Part shown: positions 1 to 8,754 of the stretch, in pieces
How positions within the stretch are numbered: position 1 is the stretch's first letter
Layout: each line of letters begins with the position of its first letter
Notes under the pieces: model-generated
The model's input: the letters and a program-made list of their open reading frames with translations, nothing else
Told to the model about the DNA's origin: nothing
Databases searched by the model: none
Position numbers and translations under genes: made by a program
Source of the DNA: Minisyncoccia bacterium
GTDB lineage: Bacteria; Patescibacteriota; Minisyncoccia; Phycocordibacterales; UBA918
NCBI GenBank assembly: GCA_041742075.1
Contig: JBGSJJ010000005.1
Location: 17,648 to 81,647, forward strand
Reading direction: 5' to 3'
DNA: 64,000 nucleotides

Positions 1-222
1 AGTGGGTCTCTTCTTCAGACTCCGATTTACATGGGTTGTGATGTGCTTGACCCGCATGTACCCTTGTTTCGGTTTCAAAAAACAAAGGAAGTTCTCTCTC
101 TACTTGGGGCAGACATTACGTACGCTGAATACGAAGGCTTACGACACGCTATCCATCCTGATGGAATAACGTATCTCGGGCAACTACTTAGAATGACAAT
201 GGGTGAACGGTCAACGTTTTAA
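1..222 (+). CDS. C-terminal fragment of an alpha/beta-hydrolase (phospholipase/carboxylesterase-like); the 5' end lies outside the window
   Basis: Frame is open from the window edge. The tail ...TYAEYEGLRHAIHPDGITYLGQLL resembles the C-terminal catalytic-His region of the carboxylesterase/phospholipase family (G-x-H-x-I ... FL). Confidence 0.45.
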   Translation, partial: SGSLLQTPIYMGCDVLDPHVPLFRFQKTKEVLSLLGADITYAEYEGLRHAIHPDGITYLGQLLRMTMGERSTF

Positions 223-232
223 AACCTTGTGC

Positions 233-1495
233 TTAGATTAACAGGAGGGTTGCTAAACCAAGAAATACGAAGAAACCAAGTACGTCGGTGAACGTAGTCA
301 TAAAAATTGTCGCTGACGTAGCTGGATCTTTGCCAAATTTTTTCATAACGAGCGGAGTAAGTGTTCCGGCGGTAGCAGCTATTGCAAGATTCACTATCAT
401 TGCTACTGCGAGGACAAGCCCAAGTAGGGGATTTTGATTCCAGAAGATGGCCACTATACCGATGAGGATGCCGTTAATTACACCATTTATTATACCAGCG
501 GTAATCTCACGCTTGAGGGCCGGAAGGCAATTCTGAAATGAAATTTCTCCAATCGATATCCCTCGCACCATAACAGCCAAGGTCTGCGTGGCGGCATTAC
601 CGCCCATGCCGGCAATGATTGGTAGGTACATAGCTAAAATTACTAACTGTGAAAGTGTATTTTCAAACAAAGAAACAACCGCACCAGCCATAAAGGCAGT
701 CGCTAGGTTGATAATGAGCCATTTATAGCGATGTTCAACTTTTTTGCGCACGCTATCAAATGGGCGCTCACTTTCGGCTACACCGGCAAACTCATAGAGA
801 CTAGAAGCTGGTTGCTTTTTAAAAAGCTCCTTTGCGTCAGCTGTGTAGATGATACCAATGACACTTTCGTCACTATCTTTGATCACTACCTTGCCACTTT
901 TGGCAGAATCAAGTAAGTCAATCGCATCAGTTGTGTCTGCATGGTACACAATCGTTTCAACGGGACAGACTAGTTTTTCAAGCCGAGCTTTCTTGGTGGC
1001 GCGTATGAGCGTGGCGTAGGGTACTTCACCAATGAGAAATCCATTATGATGAACTAGTATTTCAGGAAACTTTTTTGTTTCTGAGTAAAAGGCATCCATC
1101 GCGGTTGCAGTTTCGTCGACAGTCGTGTCTGAAGCCAGGAGAAGATAGTTAAAGTTAATTAAATCGAGTGACGCTTTGGCATGAAAGCGTAAAAAAAGTT
1201 CAGCTTTTTCTTTGAGTTCAGTTTTAAGTCGCCAGACTATCTTTTCTTTTCGTTTGGAGTCTTTAAGTTGGGCGAGAGCAGTAGTCGCCTTATGCAAATC
1301 AAGCGAATCTAGTAGTTCCACCGTGTCATCTATAGATAGTTCATTTAGTATCTTTTGTTGTACATACGGGGAAAGTACCTCGAAAATAGCCGCTTTAAGG
1401 GGTGTTTCTTGAGCTAGAAATGTTTTTACACGGTCGCTTTGATTATACGTAATACCGCGGGCTATGGTTCTCGTGACTGTTTCTTCTTTTGCCAT
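233..1495 (-). CDS. mgtE: Magnesium transporter MgtE, full-length with N-domain, CBS pair and TM domain
   Basis: 420 aa. Has the CBS-pair region and the characteristic TM block MYLPIIAGMGGNAATQT...GGILIG. Overall N-domain/CBS/5-TM MgtE architecture. Confidence 0.9.
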   Translation of the reverse strand: MAKEETVTRTIARGITYNQSDRVKTFLAQETPLKAAIFEVLSPYVQQKILNELSIDDTVELLDSLDLHKATTALAQLKDSKRKEKIVWRLKTELKEKAELFLRFHAKASLDLINFNYLLLASDTTVDETATAMDAFYSETKKFPEILVHHNGFLIGEVPYATLIRATKKARLEKLVCPVETIVYHADTTDAIDLLDSAKSGKVVIKDSDESVIGIIYTADAKELFKKQPASSLYEFAGVAESERPFDSVRKKVEHRYKWLIINLATAFMAGAVVSLFENTLSQLVILAMYLPIIAGMGGNAATQTLAVMVRGISIGEISFQNCLPALKREITAGIINGVINGILIGIVAIFWNQNPLLGLVLAVAMIVNLAIAATAGTLTPLVMKKFGKDPATSATIFMTTFTDVLGFFVFLGLATLLLI

Positions 1496-1606
1496 ACATT
1501 TCTAATACCTTTATACTGTAGTATAGCAGAGGGTTACCTGAAGAAGGTTTAAAAGCGTGTACACTGAAAATTCTGTAACCCATACTTTACTTATTAAACA
1601 ATTATC

Positions 1607-2437
1607 ATGATTTTTACAAAAACAAATAAAATTATTTTTATACTCCTAACGATAGCTTTGGTGGTTGTGGTTATTGCTCGCTTTATGGTTACAGATGATG
1701 TGGCATCTCCTGAGGTTGAAGAGGTAGTGACTGAGTATAAAGACATGATTCGCATTGATTCACCACTTCCTAAATCAACCGTAAATTCACCACTAATTAT
1801 TACAGGAGAAGCTCGTGGAGGCTGGTTTTTTGAAGCCTCTTTTCCTGTTCTGTTGGTTAATTGGGACGGACTCATTATTGGTGAAGGTTTTGCAACTGCC
1901 GAAGGTGACTGGATGACTGAAGAGTATGTTCCATTTAAGGCAACAATTACCTACACCGTAGATACGAGTGTCTCAAGTGCCGGGTCGATTATTCTGCAGA
2001 AGCAAAACGCATCGGGCTTGCCAGAAAATGATGATGCTTTTGAGTACCCGATAGTATTTGCCAATTCAAATACTAATGAACCAGCGAGCGAAACTGACGA
2101 TAGTGCTCTTATAGGCACATCATGGCAATGGACCCATACCATCCTTTTAAATGGAGATCGTGTTACACCACCGGGGTCAGACTTTGTTTTGAGTTTTGAT
2201 GGTGCTGGGAAAGTGAGTAGTGCAACTGACTGTAATACACTTACCGGGACAGCGGTGACTCAAGGTGAAGTAATTAGTTTTGGTTCTTTCGTGAGTACAA
2301 AAATGTTTTGCGAAGGTTCTTTAGAAACGGTGTATGCTTCGCAACTTGGACTGGCTAACTCATACGCTATAGATAGGGAGGTGCTTAAGATGCAACTCAA
2401 TCGAGACTACGGCACGATGTATTTTACAAAGAATTAG
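1607..2437 (+). CDS. Secreted or membrane-anchored protein with a Gmad2 Ig-like domain plus a META/HslJ-like (DUF306) domain
   Basis: N-terminal TM segment. GEARGGWFFEASFPVLL...EYVPF matches the Gmad2 Ig-like pattern. C-terminal LIGTSWQW...DCNTLTGTA...FCEGSLETVYASQL...MQL is HslJ/META-like. Confidence 0.5.
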   Translation: MIFTKTNKIIFILLTIALVVVVIARFMVTDDVASPEVEEVVTEYKDMIRIDSPLPKSTVNSPLIITGEARGGWFFEASFPVLLVNWDGLIIGEGFATAEGDWMTEEYVPFKATITYTVDTSVSSAGSIILQKQNASGLPENDDAFEYPIVFANSNTNEPASETDDSALIGTSWQWTHTILLNGDRVTPPGSDFVLSFDGAGKVSSATDCNTLTGTAVTQGEVISFGSFVSTKMFCEGSLETVYASQLGLANSYAIDREVLKMQLNRDYGTMYFTKN

Positions 2438-2439
2438 CG

Positions 2440-3573
2440 CTAGTGGTGACTATGTCCAGCATGGCTATGAGAGACGTCACCTAAAGGAGTGTGGGTACCA
2501 TAGTACCAAGCACCGAGTAGGGTAGTGAAAGGTACTGCCATAATAATACCAATGCTACCAATAATGATGCGTGTGAGTTCTGCTGCAAACAGTTCTTGGT
2601 TAAGAGTGAGGGTGAGGCTCGTGTCAGCGCGGGCAAAAAGTAAAATAAGAGGTAGTGAAACACCGACATACGCAAGTGCGAGCGTGTTTACGAGTGAGCC
2701 AACATGATCTTTTCCAACTCGCAGAGCCCTTGTATATAGTTCCTTGCCTTTGAGTAAAGGGTTAGCAGCTTTCAGTTCTCGAACTACAGAAGCTTGGGTG
2801 ATTGAAACGTCGTCGAGGACACCGAGCATACCAATGATAATACTGCCGAGTAAAAGACTGCTAAAGTCGAGGGTGCCTCCGGTAGAAAAGTTTAAAAACA
2901 CCGCAGCGTCAGAACTAAAACCGGTAAAGCGCATCGCATTCACAAACACATATGCAATAGCCCCAGTGAGTAAAACTGCAGAAAACGTTCCGAGAAAGGC
3001 GATTGAAGAGACAGGATTCAGGCCGTGCGTACCAAATAAAACGGCAGCTAAAATAAATCCGGCAATCGCGAAGCTAGCTAGAACTGGGTCATAGCCAGCG
3101 AGGAGAGTTGGTATTAGTATAAAAACGATAGCACCAATACTGACGGCAAGTGAACCAAGCGCACGTAATCCTTGTTTACCGGCAAACCAAACAATAAGAA
3201 ATACTAGAAGTCCGAGCATGACTACCAGTTCTGATCGACGGTCAACGTCTTTAAGAAGATAGTACTCGTAACCTTGCATGTTTTTAAGACGATTTACAAA
3301 TATGTTGTCACCGACTTCAAGGGTTCCAATCTCATTATCAAAAATTACCGTTTCTCCAGCTCGTGTACCACCTTTAATTCGTATCTCGACAGACTGAATA
3401 GTGACGGTGGTATCGAGCCCCTCGAGTTCCTTCGTGGTGGTGTTAAGGATTTGGGTTACTTCGGCCGGGACCGTTTCTTGCAGGTCCTCATGAACAGTCA
3501 CCTCCGCGAGTGATACAGAAAAAGGTACACTGAAAGTAAAAAGTAGTAAAAAGAAAAAAATACGCATAGACAT
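2440..3573 (-). CDS. YibE/F family polytopic membrane protein with a His-rich C-terminal tail
   Basis: Signal/TM N-terminus, a soluble loop, then multiple TM helices typical of YibE_F. C-terminus ends HSHAGHSHH. Sits beside the Fur-family regulator and ZIP transporter. Confidence 0.65.
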   Translation of the reverse strand: MSMRIFFFLLLFTFSVPFSVSLAEVTVHEDLQETVPAEVTQILNTTTKELEGLDTTVTIQSVEIRIKGGTRAGETVIFDNEIGTLEVGDNIFVNRLKNMQGYEYYLLKDVDRRSELVVMLGLLVFLIVWFAGKQGLRALGSLAVSIGAIVFILIPTLLAGYDPVLASFAIAGFILAAVLFGTHGLNPVSSIAFLGTFSAVLLTGAIAYVFVNAMRFTGFSSDAAVFLNFSTGGTLDFSSLLLGSIIIGMLGVLDDVSITQASVVRELKAANPLLKGKELYTRALRVGKDHVGSLVNTLALAYVGVSLPLILLFARADTSLTLTLNQELFAAELTRIIIGSIGIIMAVPFTTLLGAWYYGTHTPLGDVSHSHAGHSHH

Positions 3574-3577
3574 AACG

Positions 3578-3994
3578 TTAGCTACATTTTTTACAGATAC
3601 CGTAAAACGTTACTTCGTGACGAGCTATTGAGGCGAATGAAGCAAACTCCAATGGGTGAAGTCTTTGCCCCTCGCAGGGTATATGCTCAATCAGGTAACA
3701 GTTTTCACACACCAGATGGTGATGGTGGCCATGAGTCAGGGCATATCTGGTGTCATTGTCTGGTAGGGCAATTTCTTCAACGAGGTGCTCAGCTTTAAGC
3801 GTAGCAAGGGTGCGGTACACTGTCGCCTCATCACTGTTTACGTTCGCAACAATTTCCTGAATAGTGACTGGATTATTTTGATCCGCAATCCATTCAATTA
3901 CCTTTGTTCTCGGTCCGGTAATGCGGTACCCGCGAGACTTAAGCGTATCAAGAAGTTCATGTGTAGCTTGATTCATAGAAAATATATGATACAT
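3578..3994 (-). CDS. Fur-family metalloregulator, likely Zur
   Basis: Winged-helix N-domain followed by HGHHHHLVCENC...C-x-x-C metal-site motifs typical of Fur/Zur. Divergent from a ZIP zinc transporter. Confidence 0.8.
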   Translation of the reverse strand: MYHIFSMNQATHELLDTLKSRGYRITGPRTKVIEWIADQNNPVTIQEIVANVNSDEATVYRTLATLKAEHLVEEIALPDNDTRYALTHGHHHHLVCENCYLIEHIPCEGQRLHPLEFASFASIARHEVTFYGICKKCS

Positions 3995-3996
3995 TA

Positions 3997-4018
3997 TTGC
4001 AATAGATTTGCAATAAGA
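3997..4018. promoter_or_regulatory. Candidate Zur/Fur operator in the zur-ZIP divergent intergenic region: ATTGCAAT-N5-TTGCAAT
   Basis: Directly visible: attATTGCAATagatTTGCAATaag. ATTGCAAT is self-complementary, and the element lies between divergent Fur-family and ZIP genes. Confidence 0.35.
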
Positions 4019-4048
4019 AATTTTGATACTTACTAATAATTAGCTTTC

Positions 4049-4894
4049 ATGACAATTTTACTCGCTTCATGTCTCGTCGCAAGTGTATCGGTTATCGGGA
4101 TTCTGTTCTTTGGCTCTAGCACTAAAACGGGTTTTATTGAGCGTCTCATTGTCCCATTTGCAATTGGTACTTTTTTAGGGGTAACTTTTTTTGAACTTAT
4201 TCCTGAAACATTCGAAGCTCATTCGTCTTTGGGACCAGTAGCGATTGTCAGCGGTTTCCTCGCTTTTTATCTCTTGGCTCACTTACTTAGAACCTATCAC
4301 CACCACCATCACGGTGATAGACCTCATGATGCTTGTGAGACAACAAAATCTACCGCTTCGCTCTTGCTGTTTGGTGATGCTGTACACAACTTTGTTGACG
4401 GTATTGTTATTGCTTCGGCTTTCCTGATTAATCCAGTGGTTGGATGGGTGACGACGTTTGGTATTGCGCTTCATGAAGTGCCGCAGGAAATCGCTGAATT
4501 TGGTGTCCTAAAGCGCTCAGGATACACTTCAAAGCAGGCGATTTTGTATAATTTTGCTTCAGCCAGTTCGGTAATTGTGGGAGCGGGAAGCACATTACTT
4601 GTTTCGTCCGTTATGACTGATTTTGTGTGGGTATTAACGGGAGTTGCGGCTGGTAATTTACTCTATGTAGCTTTGTCAGACTTGTTACCAGGTGTTGAGA
4701 AAACAACTCAGAAAGACGGTACCTTTTACCAGTCCTTCACGGTGACCATTCTAGGTTTAATCTTTATTGTGTCTCTTATTTCTTGGTCACATGCAAACTT
4801 TGGCCATGCGCATGACGAAGGAGATCATGAACAAGTATTCAAAGAAGGAGATATGCATGACCATGAACACGAAATAGGTACTGTTATTCAGTAA
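4049..4894 (+). CDS. ZIP-family (ZupT-like) divalent metal/zinc transporter with His-rich loop and tail
   Basis: HHHHHGDRPHD loop, the conserved ZIP signature ALHEVPQEIAEFGVL, 8 predicted TM segments, C-terminal HAHDEGDHE...HDHEHE. Confidence 0.8.
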   Translation: MTILLASCLVASVSVIGILFFGSSTKTGFIERLIVPFAIGTFLGVTFFELIPETFEAHSSLGPVAIVSGFLAFYLLAHLLRTYHHHHHGDRPHDACETTKSTASLLLFGDAVHNFVDGIVIASAFLINPVVGWVTTFGIALHEVPQEIAEFGVLKRSGYTSKQAILYNFASASSVIVGAGSTLLVSSVMTDFVWVLTGVAAGNLLYVALSDLLPGVEKTTQKDGTFYQSFTVTILGLIFIVSLISWSHANFGHAHDEGDHEQVFKEGDMHDHEHEIGTVIQ

Positions 4895-4926
4895 AACGTA
4901 CCAAGCTACCTAGAGCCTGTACTTTC

Positions 4927-5646
4927 GTGTATACTTATTGGCATTATTACCCACATAGGTTTACTTTATATATGATTAAGAATCATTTCTGGAAGATTTT
5001 TGGTTTAATCGCTGTACTTTTGATTGGTGGAGCTATCGCCTACAGCAATCACGCGAGCAGTAAGGCAAACGAGGGCATTGTCCTTAGTCCGCACGTAAAA
5101 GGAAACGCTGACGCTACCGTAAACTTAGTTGAGTACAGTGACTTCCAGTGCCCAGCTTGTCAGGCCGCGAGTACGGTAGTGGCAGAAGTGCTGGCTGAAC
5201 ACGAAGGCAAAGTCCGGTTTGAGTATAAGCATTTTCCACTGGTGACAATCCACCCTCACGCTGTGTTGGCAGCCAGGGCAGCCGAAGCGGCTGGCATCCA
5301 AGGAAAGTTTTTTGAGATGCATGACAAACTTTTTGAAAATCAAGCCACCTGGTCTCCAAGTCCAAGTCCACAAGCTTTTTTCACAAAGTATGCCGAAGAA
5401 ATCGGTCTTGATATGGACAAATTTAAAACTCACATGCGAGCATCACTGCTCCGTGATGAGGTAATGAAGCGATATGATGAAGCGCGTGAACTTGGTCTTA
5501 GTGGTACACCGACGTTTTACTTAAACGGGCAAAAAATGACCTTTACTACCTACGAAGACTTTGCGACACAAGTTCGTCAGGCTGTGACAGGAGAACTGCC
5601 AGTAGAAGCAACTCCGGTATCACCAGAAATTCAGTTTGGTATCTAA
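4927..5646 (+). CDS. DsbA-family thiol:disulfide oxidoreductase (thioredoxin fold), membrane-anchored
   Basis: N-terminal TM segment, then VEYSDFQCPACQ (CxxC active site) and a DsbA-like C-terminal region (GTPTFYLNG). The true start may be the internal Met near 4972. Confidence 0.7.
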   Translation: MYTYWHYYPHRFTLYMIKNHFWKIFGLIAVLLIGGAIAYSNHASSKANEGIVLSPHVKGNADATVNLVEYSDFQCPACQAASTVVAEVLAEHEGKVRFEYKHFPLVTIHPHAVLAARAAEAAGIQGKFFEMHDKLFENQATWSPSPSPQAFFTKYAEEIGLDMDKFKTHMRASLLRDEVMKRYDEARELGLSGTPTFYLNGQKMTFTTYEDFATQVRQAVTGELPVEATPVSPEIQFGI

Positions 5647-5680
5647 CCTAGACGGTCTACATAACCTATAAAGCTTTTCT

Positions 5681-6529
5681 ATGTCAAAGAAGGTTTTGTT
5701 TATAGGCACTACCAAAGCTAAAGCCACTCGTCGCTTGCAAGAAGAAGCATTGCTACAGCATGTTGTATTTGACGTGATTTCGACTAAAAGCTTTGAAAAC
5801 ACTTTTAGCGGTACTGGTCTAGTCGTTGAAAATGAAAGCACTCATAAACTCAGTAGCTACGACGTGTACTTTTTTCGAGGTCTCGGTCATCGGATGAGTG
5901 AGATGCAGAAACGGGCAGTGGTACTAGCTGAGGCGGGTAAACGAGTAGTAGAAAGATGTTTTCCACTGCAGGGGTTTCCAGAAGACAAAATAGTTTCGCC
6001 TTCTGGTAAGAGTCAGTATGCTATTTTACCGTCGCAAGTGATCTCACCAGACGCAGCTCGCAAAGAGGCAGAGGGATATGACTATCCACTGGTGCTTAAA
6101 GGACTTACAAGCTCGAAAGGAAAGTCAGTTAAGAAAATTTTAAGCAGCGGTGAACTAATTGCTCAGCTCGCTTCGACACAGGAGACAGTTCTTCTTCAGA
6201 AATACTATGATATTGAGTTCGACACACGAGTGTTGGTGGTCGGTGGAAAAGTGCTTGGAGGGTTACATCGATACAGAAAAAGTCCTGATGATTTTTTAAC
6301 CACCGCGCGAGGAGGTGTGCGAATAAAGGCAGAACTGACTCATGAGCAAATTGAAGCAGCTATAGAAGCGGTCGCTCTTCAGGGTTTGGAGATAGCGGGA
6401 GTCGACATGTTTACCGCAGGCGGAAAGGTACATATTATCGAAGTCAATAGCTCACCCCAGTTTCATTCGTTTGAAAAGCATACCGGTGTCAATGTTGCGC
6501 GTGAAATAATTTCCTATATTGCCGGCTAA
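5681..6529 (+). CDS. RimK-like ATP-grasp ligase (alpha-L-glutamate ligase family)
   Basis: ATP-grasp motifs: LVLKGLTSSKGKSV, QKYYD..FDTRVLVVGGKVLGG, AGVDMF...IEVNSSP. Confidence 0.7.
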   Translation: MSKKVLFIGTTKAKATRRLQEEALLQHVVFDVISTKSFENTFSGTGLVVENESTHKLSSYDVYFFRGLGHRMSEMQKRAVVLAEAGKRVVERCFPLQGFPEDKIVSPSGKSQYAILPSQVISPDAARKEAEGYDYPLVLKGLTSSKGKSVKKILSSGELIAQLASTQETVLLQKYYDIEFDTRVLVVGGKVLGGLHRYRKSPDDFLTTARGGVRIKAELTHEQIEAAIEAVALQGLEIAGVDMFTAGGKVHIIEVNSSPQFHSFEKHTGVNVAREIISYIAG

Positions 6530-6557
6530 TATGAATGCACAGGGGACCAGCGTGCAG

Positions 6558-6585
6558 TTGAATTTTTATAAATATGTGCTATAAT
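6558..6585 (+). promoter_or_regulatory. Candidate sigma70 promoter for the second ATP-grasp gene (TTGAAT-N16-TATAAT)
   Basis: TTGAATttttataaatatgtgcTATAAT about 60 bp upstream of the ATG at 6646. Confidence 0.35.
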
Positions 6586-6645
6586 ACTAGCACGACACAG
6601 TTATTGCCTCACACGTTAACACTCTAACTTAATCCCAAGCTTTAT

Positions 6646-7923
6646 ATGGCGCGCAAACCAAAGAAGAATATTATTGCGTTTGTTGGCGGTATTAAACCGA
6701 ATTCGCTCAGTGCAATCCGGGCCTATGGTAAAAAAACCGGTAATCCGTTTCGGATAATGCTTATTCAAGACATAAAGCACCCAGGAAATTCTAAAACACC
6801 ACAGCACGATATTTTACTCTTAGTAGATTTCAAAAAGCCAGAAAAAATTACTGAAGTACTTCTGCCTTATGAAAATGAACTATTGGCCATTAGCTGTCGA
6901 AGTGAAGTGCATATTGCGCGCTTTGCTAAGATTATCCCGTATGTGCCGTATCTGAGGACTCCGACCAGTGAGTCTCTTACCTGGTCAACGGATAAATATG
7001 AAATGAGGAAGCGATTTAAGTTATATAATCCTAAGATTACTCCGAACTTTACGAGAGTAAAAGATGTTTCTTTGGCTGAGCAAAAGCGGCTGATTGAAAA
7101 AATTGGTTTTCCGATGATTGTTAAACCAGCTAACCTCTCGGGCAGTTTATTTGTGAGTATTTGTTACCACGAAGAAGAACTGAAACAAGCAATTACTACC
7201 GGCTTTCGAAAAATTAAGCGCGCGTATGAAAACGATAACCGCCTCGAAGAACCCAAGCTGATTGCTGAGCAGTATATGGAGGGCGACATCTACTCTATTG
7301 ATAGCTATGTAAACTCTCGCGGTTCGGTGTATCATTTGCCACTTGTGCGGGTAAAAACTGGAAAGGACATCGGTCACCAGGACTTCTATGGTTATTTACA
7401 GATGACACCGACCATTTTAAAGGGCGAGACAGTGAAACGGGCGGAGTATGTAGCTGAAACTGCAATCCACGCTTTAGGACTTCGTAGTACGACGGCGCAC
7501 ACTGAACTTATGAAGATTGATAATGACTGGAAAGTTATTGAAGTCGGACCACGGACCGGTGGCGCACGCGATGTGCTTTACAAAATGAGCTGTGGTATTG
7601 AGCATTATCTCAATGATGTACTCATCCGGATGCCAAAAAAGCCAATCATCCCAAAGAAGTGCCATGGCAGTGCCGTGTACATGAAGTGGTTTTTACCAAA
7701 AGAAGGTACGATAACCGAAATGAAGGGTATTAAGAAGATTGAGCAACTGGAGTCGTTTCATAAGATTGAGGTAAATAAAAAGATAGGTGATAGGGCGGTT
7801 TTTGCAAAAAATGGCGGCCGGTCAGTCTTTAACCTCTACCTCTACAACGCCGATCGTGGGAAACTTTTAGCAGACATACGGCGGGTTGAACAGTTGGTGA
7901 AGATTAAGATAGCCTCAAAGTAG
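6646..7923 (+). CDS. ATP-grasp domain carboxylate-amine ligase (larger paralog, unknown substrate)
   Basis: FPMIVKPANLSGS...EQYMEGDIYSIDSYV...HTELMKIDNDWKVIEVGPRTGG fits the ATP-grasp fold. The N-terminal pre-ATP-grasp region is unassigned. Confidence 0.6.
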   Translation: MARKPKKNIIAFVGGIKPNSLSAIRAYGKKTGNPFRIMLIQDIKHPGNSKTPQHDILLLVDFKKPEKITEVLLPYENELLAISCRSEVHIARFAKIIPYVPYLRTPTSESLTWSTDKYEMRKRFKLYNPKITPNFTRVKDVSLAEQKRLIEKIGFPMIVKPANLSGSLFVSICYHEEELKQAITTGFRKIKRAYENDNRLEEPKLIAEQYMEGDIYSIDSYVNSRGSVYHLPLVRVKTGKDIGHQDFYGYLQMTPTILKGETVKRAEYVAETAIHALGLRSTTAHTELMKIDNDWKVIEVGPRTGGARDVLYKMSCGIEHYLNDVLIRMPKKPIIPKKCHGSAVYMKWFLPKEGTITEMKGIKKIEQLESFHKIEVNKKIGDRAVFAKNGGRSVFNLYLYNADRGKLLADIRRVEQLVKIKIASK

Positions 7924-7980
7924 TAGAGGTAACGTGGGGAAGCAGACCGAGCTAGAGAAGCCGGTGTTTGCTATGATAGG

Positions 7981-8751
7981 TTGATGATACGAACCCGGGA
8001 TTTTATTTTATTTGTCATCACCTTCTGTTTTTTGGTGCTCGCTATTATTTTTACTGTCACAAGTCACCGAGGTGGGTTTTTAAGTGTCGCGTTTAATGAG
8101 ACAACAAGCCAAGACGCGGGCGGAGTGATTGAAATAGAAGAAGTTTCAGAAGAGGAAACTCGCCAGAGTACAATAGCTCGTTTGCGTGAAAAAATTAAGA
8201 ACGCGCCGATCCTCAGTAGTAGCGCGCCGAGCGTGGTGACACCTGATGTTGTTATAGCCAGTAGTTCAGAAAGTGAAAGTGGGTCTCTAGAAGAAACGGT
8301 TGACGGTACTGTGGTAGCCCTACAAATGTGTCCTGGTGCCACCGATGGTCTAACGGTAGCGCAAGCCTGGCCGCGCACAGGAGTGACAGTCAGTGAAGTA
8401 GAAGGAGTACGGGTGGCGACGTACACAGATGCTATGGGAGTCAAGCAATTACTTTTGTTGCCACTCTATCCAAACCCGTCTGGTCAAAATTGTCTTACTT
8501 CAGAGATTATTGGTCTGACCAAAACCGGCTCGCTCATCTTTAACTCAGACGCAATTGCCTACCAAGCGAGTGGAGCTGAGACACTGATTGGGTATGCGCT
8601 CGATGGGGTGGCTATTTATGGGTTGTATACAGGCGTGACTGACGCTTGTGGCGGATATGACCACCCAAGTGGTTACCGGTATTCACTGTCGCCGGAACGA
8701 CCGTTTATGATTGGTTGCTATATGGCCAGTCCAGCCATGTTTAGTTTGTAA
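7981..8751 (+). CDS. Membrane-anchored hypothetical protein, possibly YHYH-domain-like
   Basis: N-terminal TM segment. C-terminal GYALDGVAIYG...DACGGYDHPSGYRYSL...GCY resembles the YHYH-family Cys/His motif region; the match is weak. Confidence 0.35.
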   Translation: MMIRTRDFILFVITFCFLVLAIIFTVTSHRGGFLSVAFNETTSQDAGGVIEIEEVSEEETRQSTIARLREKIKNAPILSSSAPSVVTPDVVIASSSESESGSLEETVDGTVVALQMCPGATDGLTVAQAWPRTGVTVSEVEGVRVATYTDAMGVKQLLLLPLYPNPSGQNCLTSEIIGLTKTGSLIFNSDAIAYQASGAETLIGYALDGVAIYGLYTGVTDACGGYDHPSGYRYSLSPERPFMIGCYMASPAMFSL

Positions 8752-8754
8752 AAT

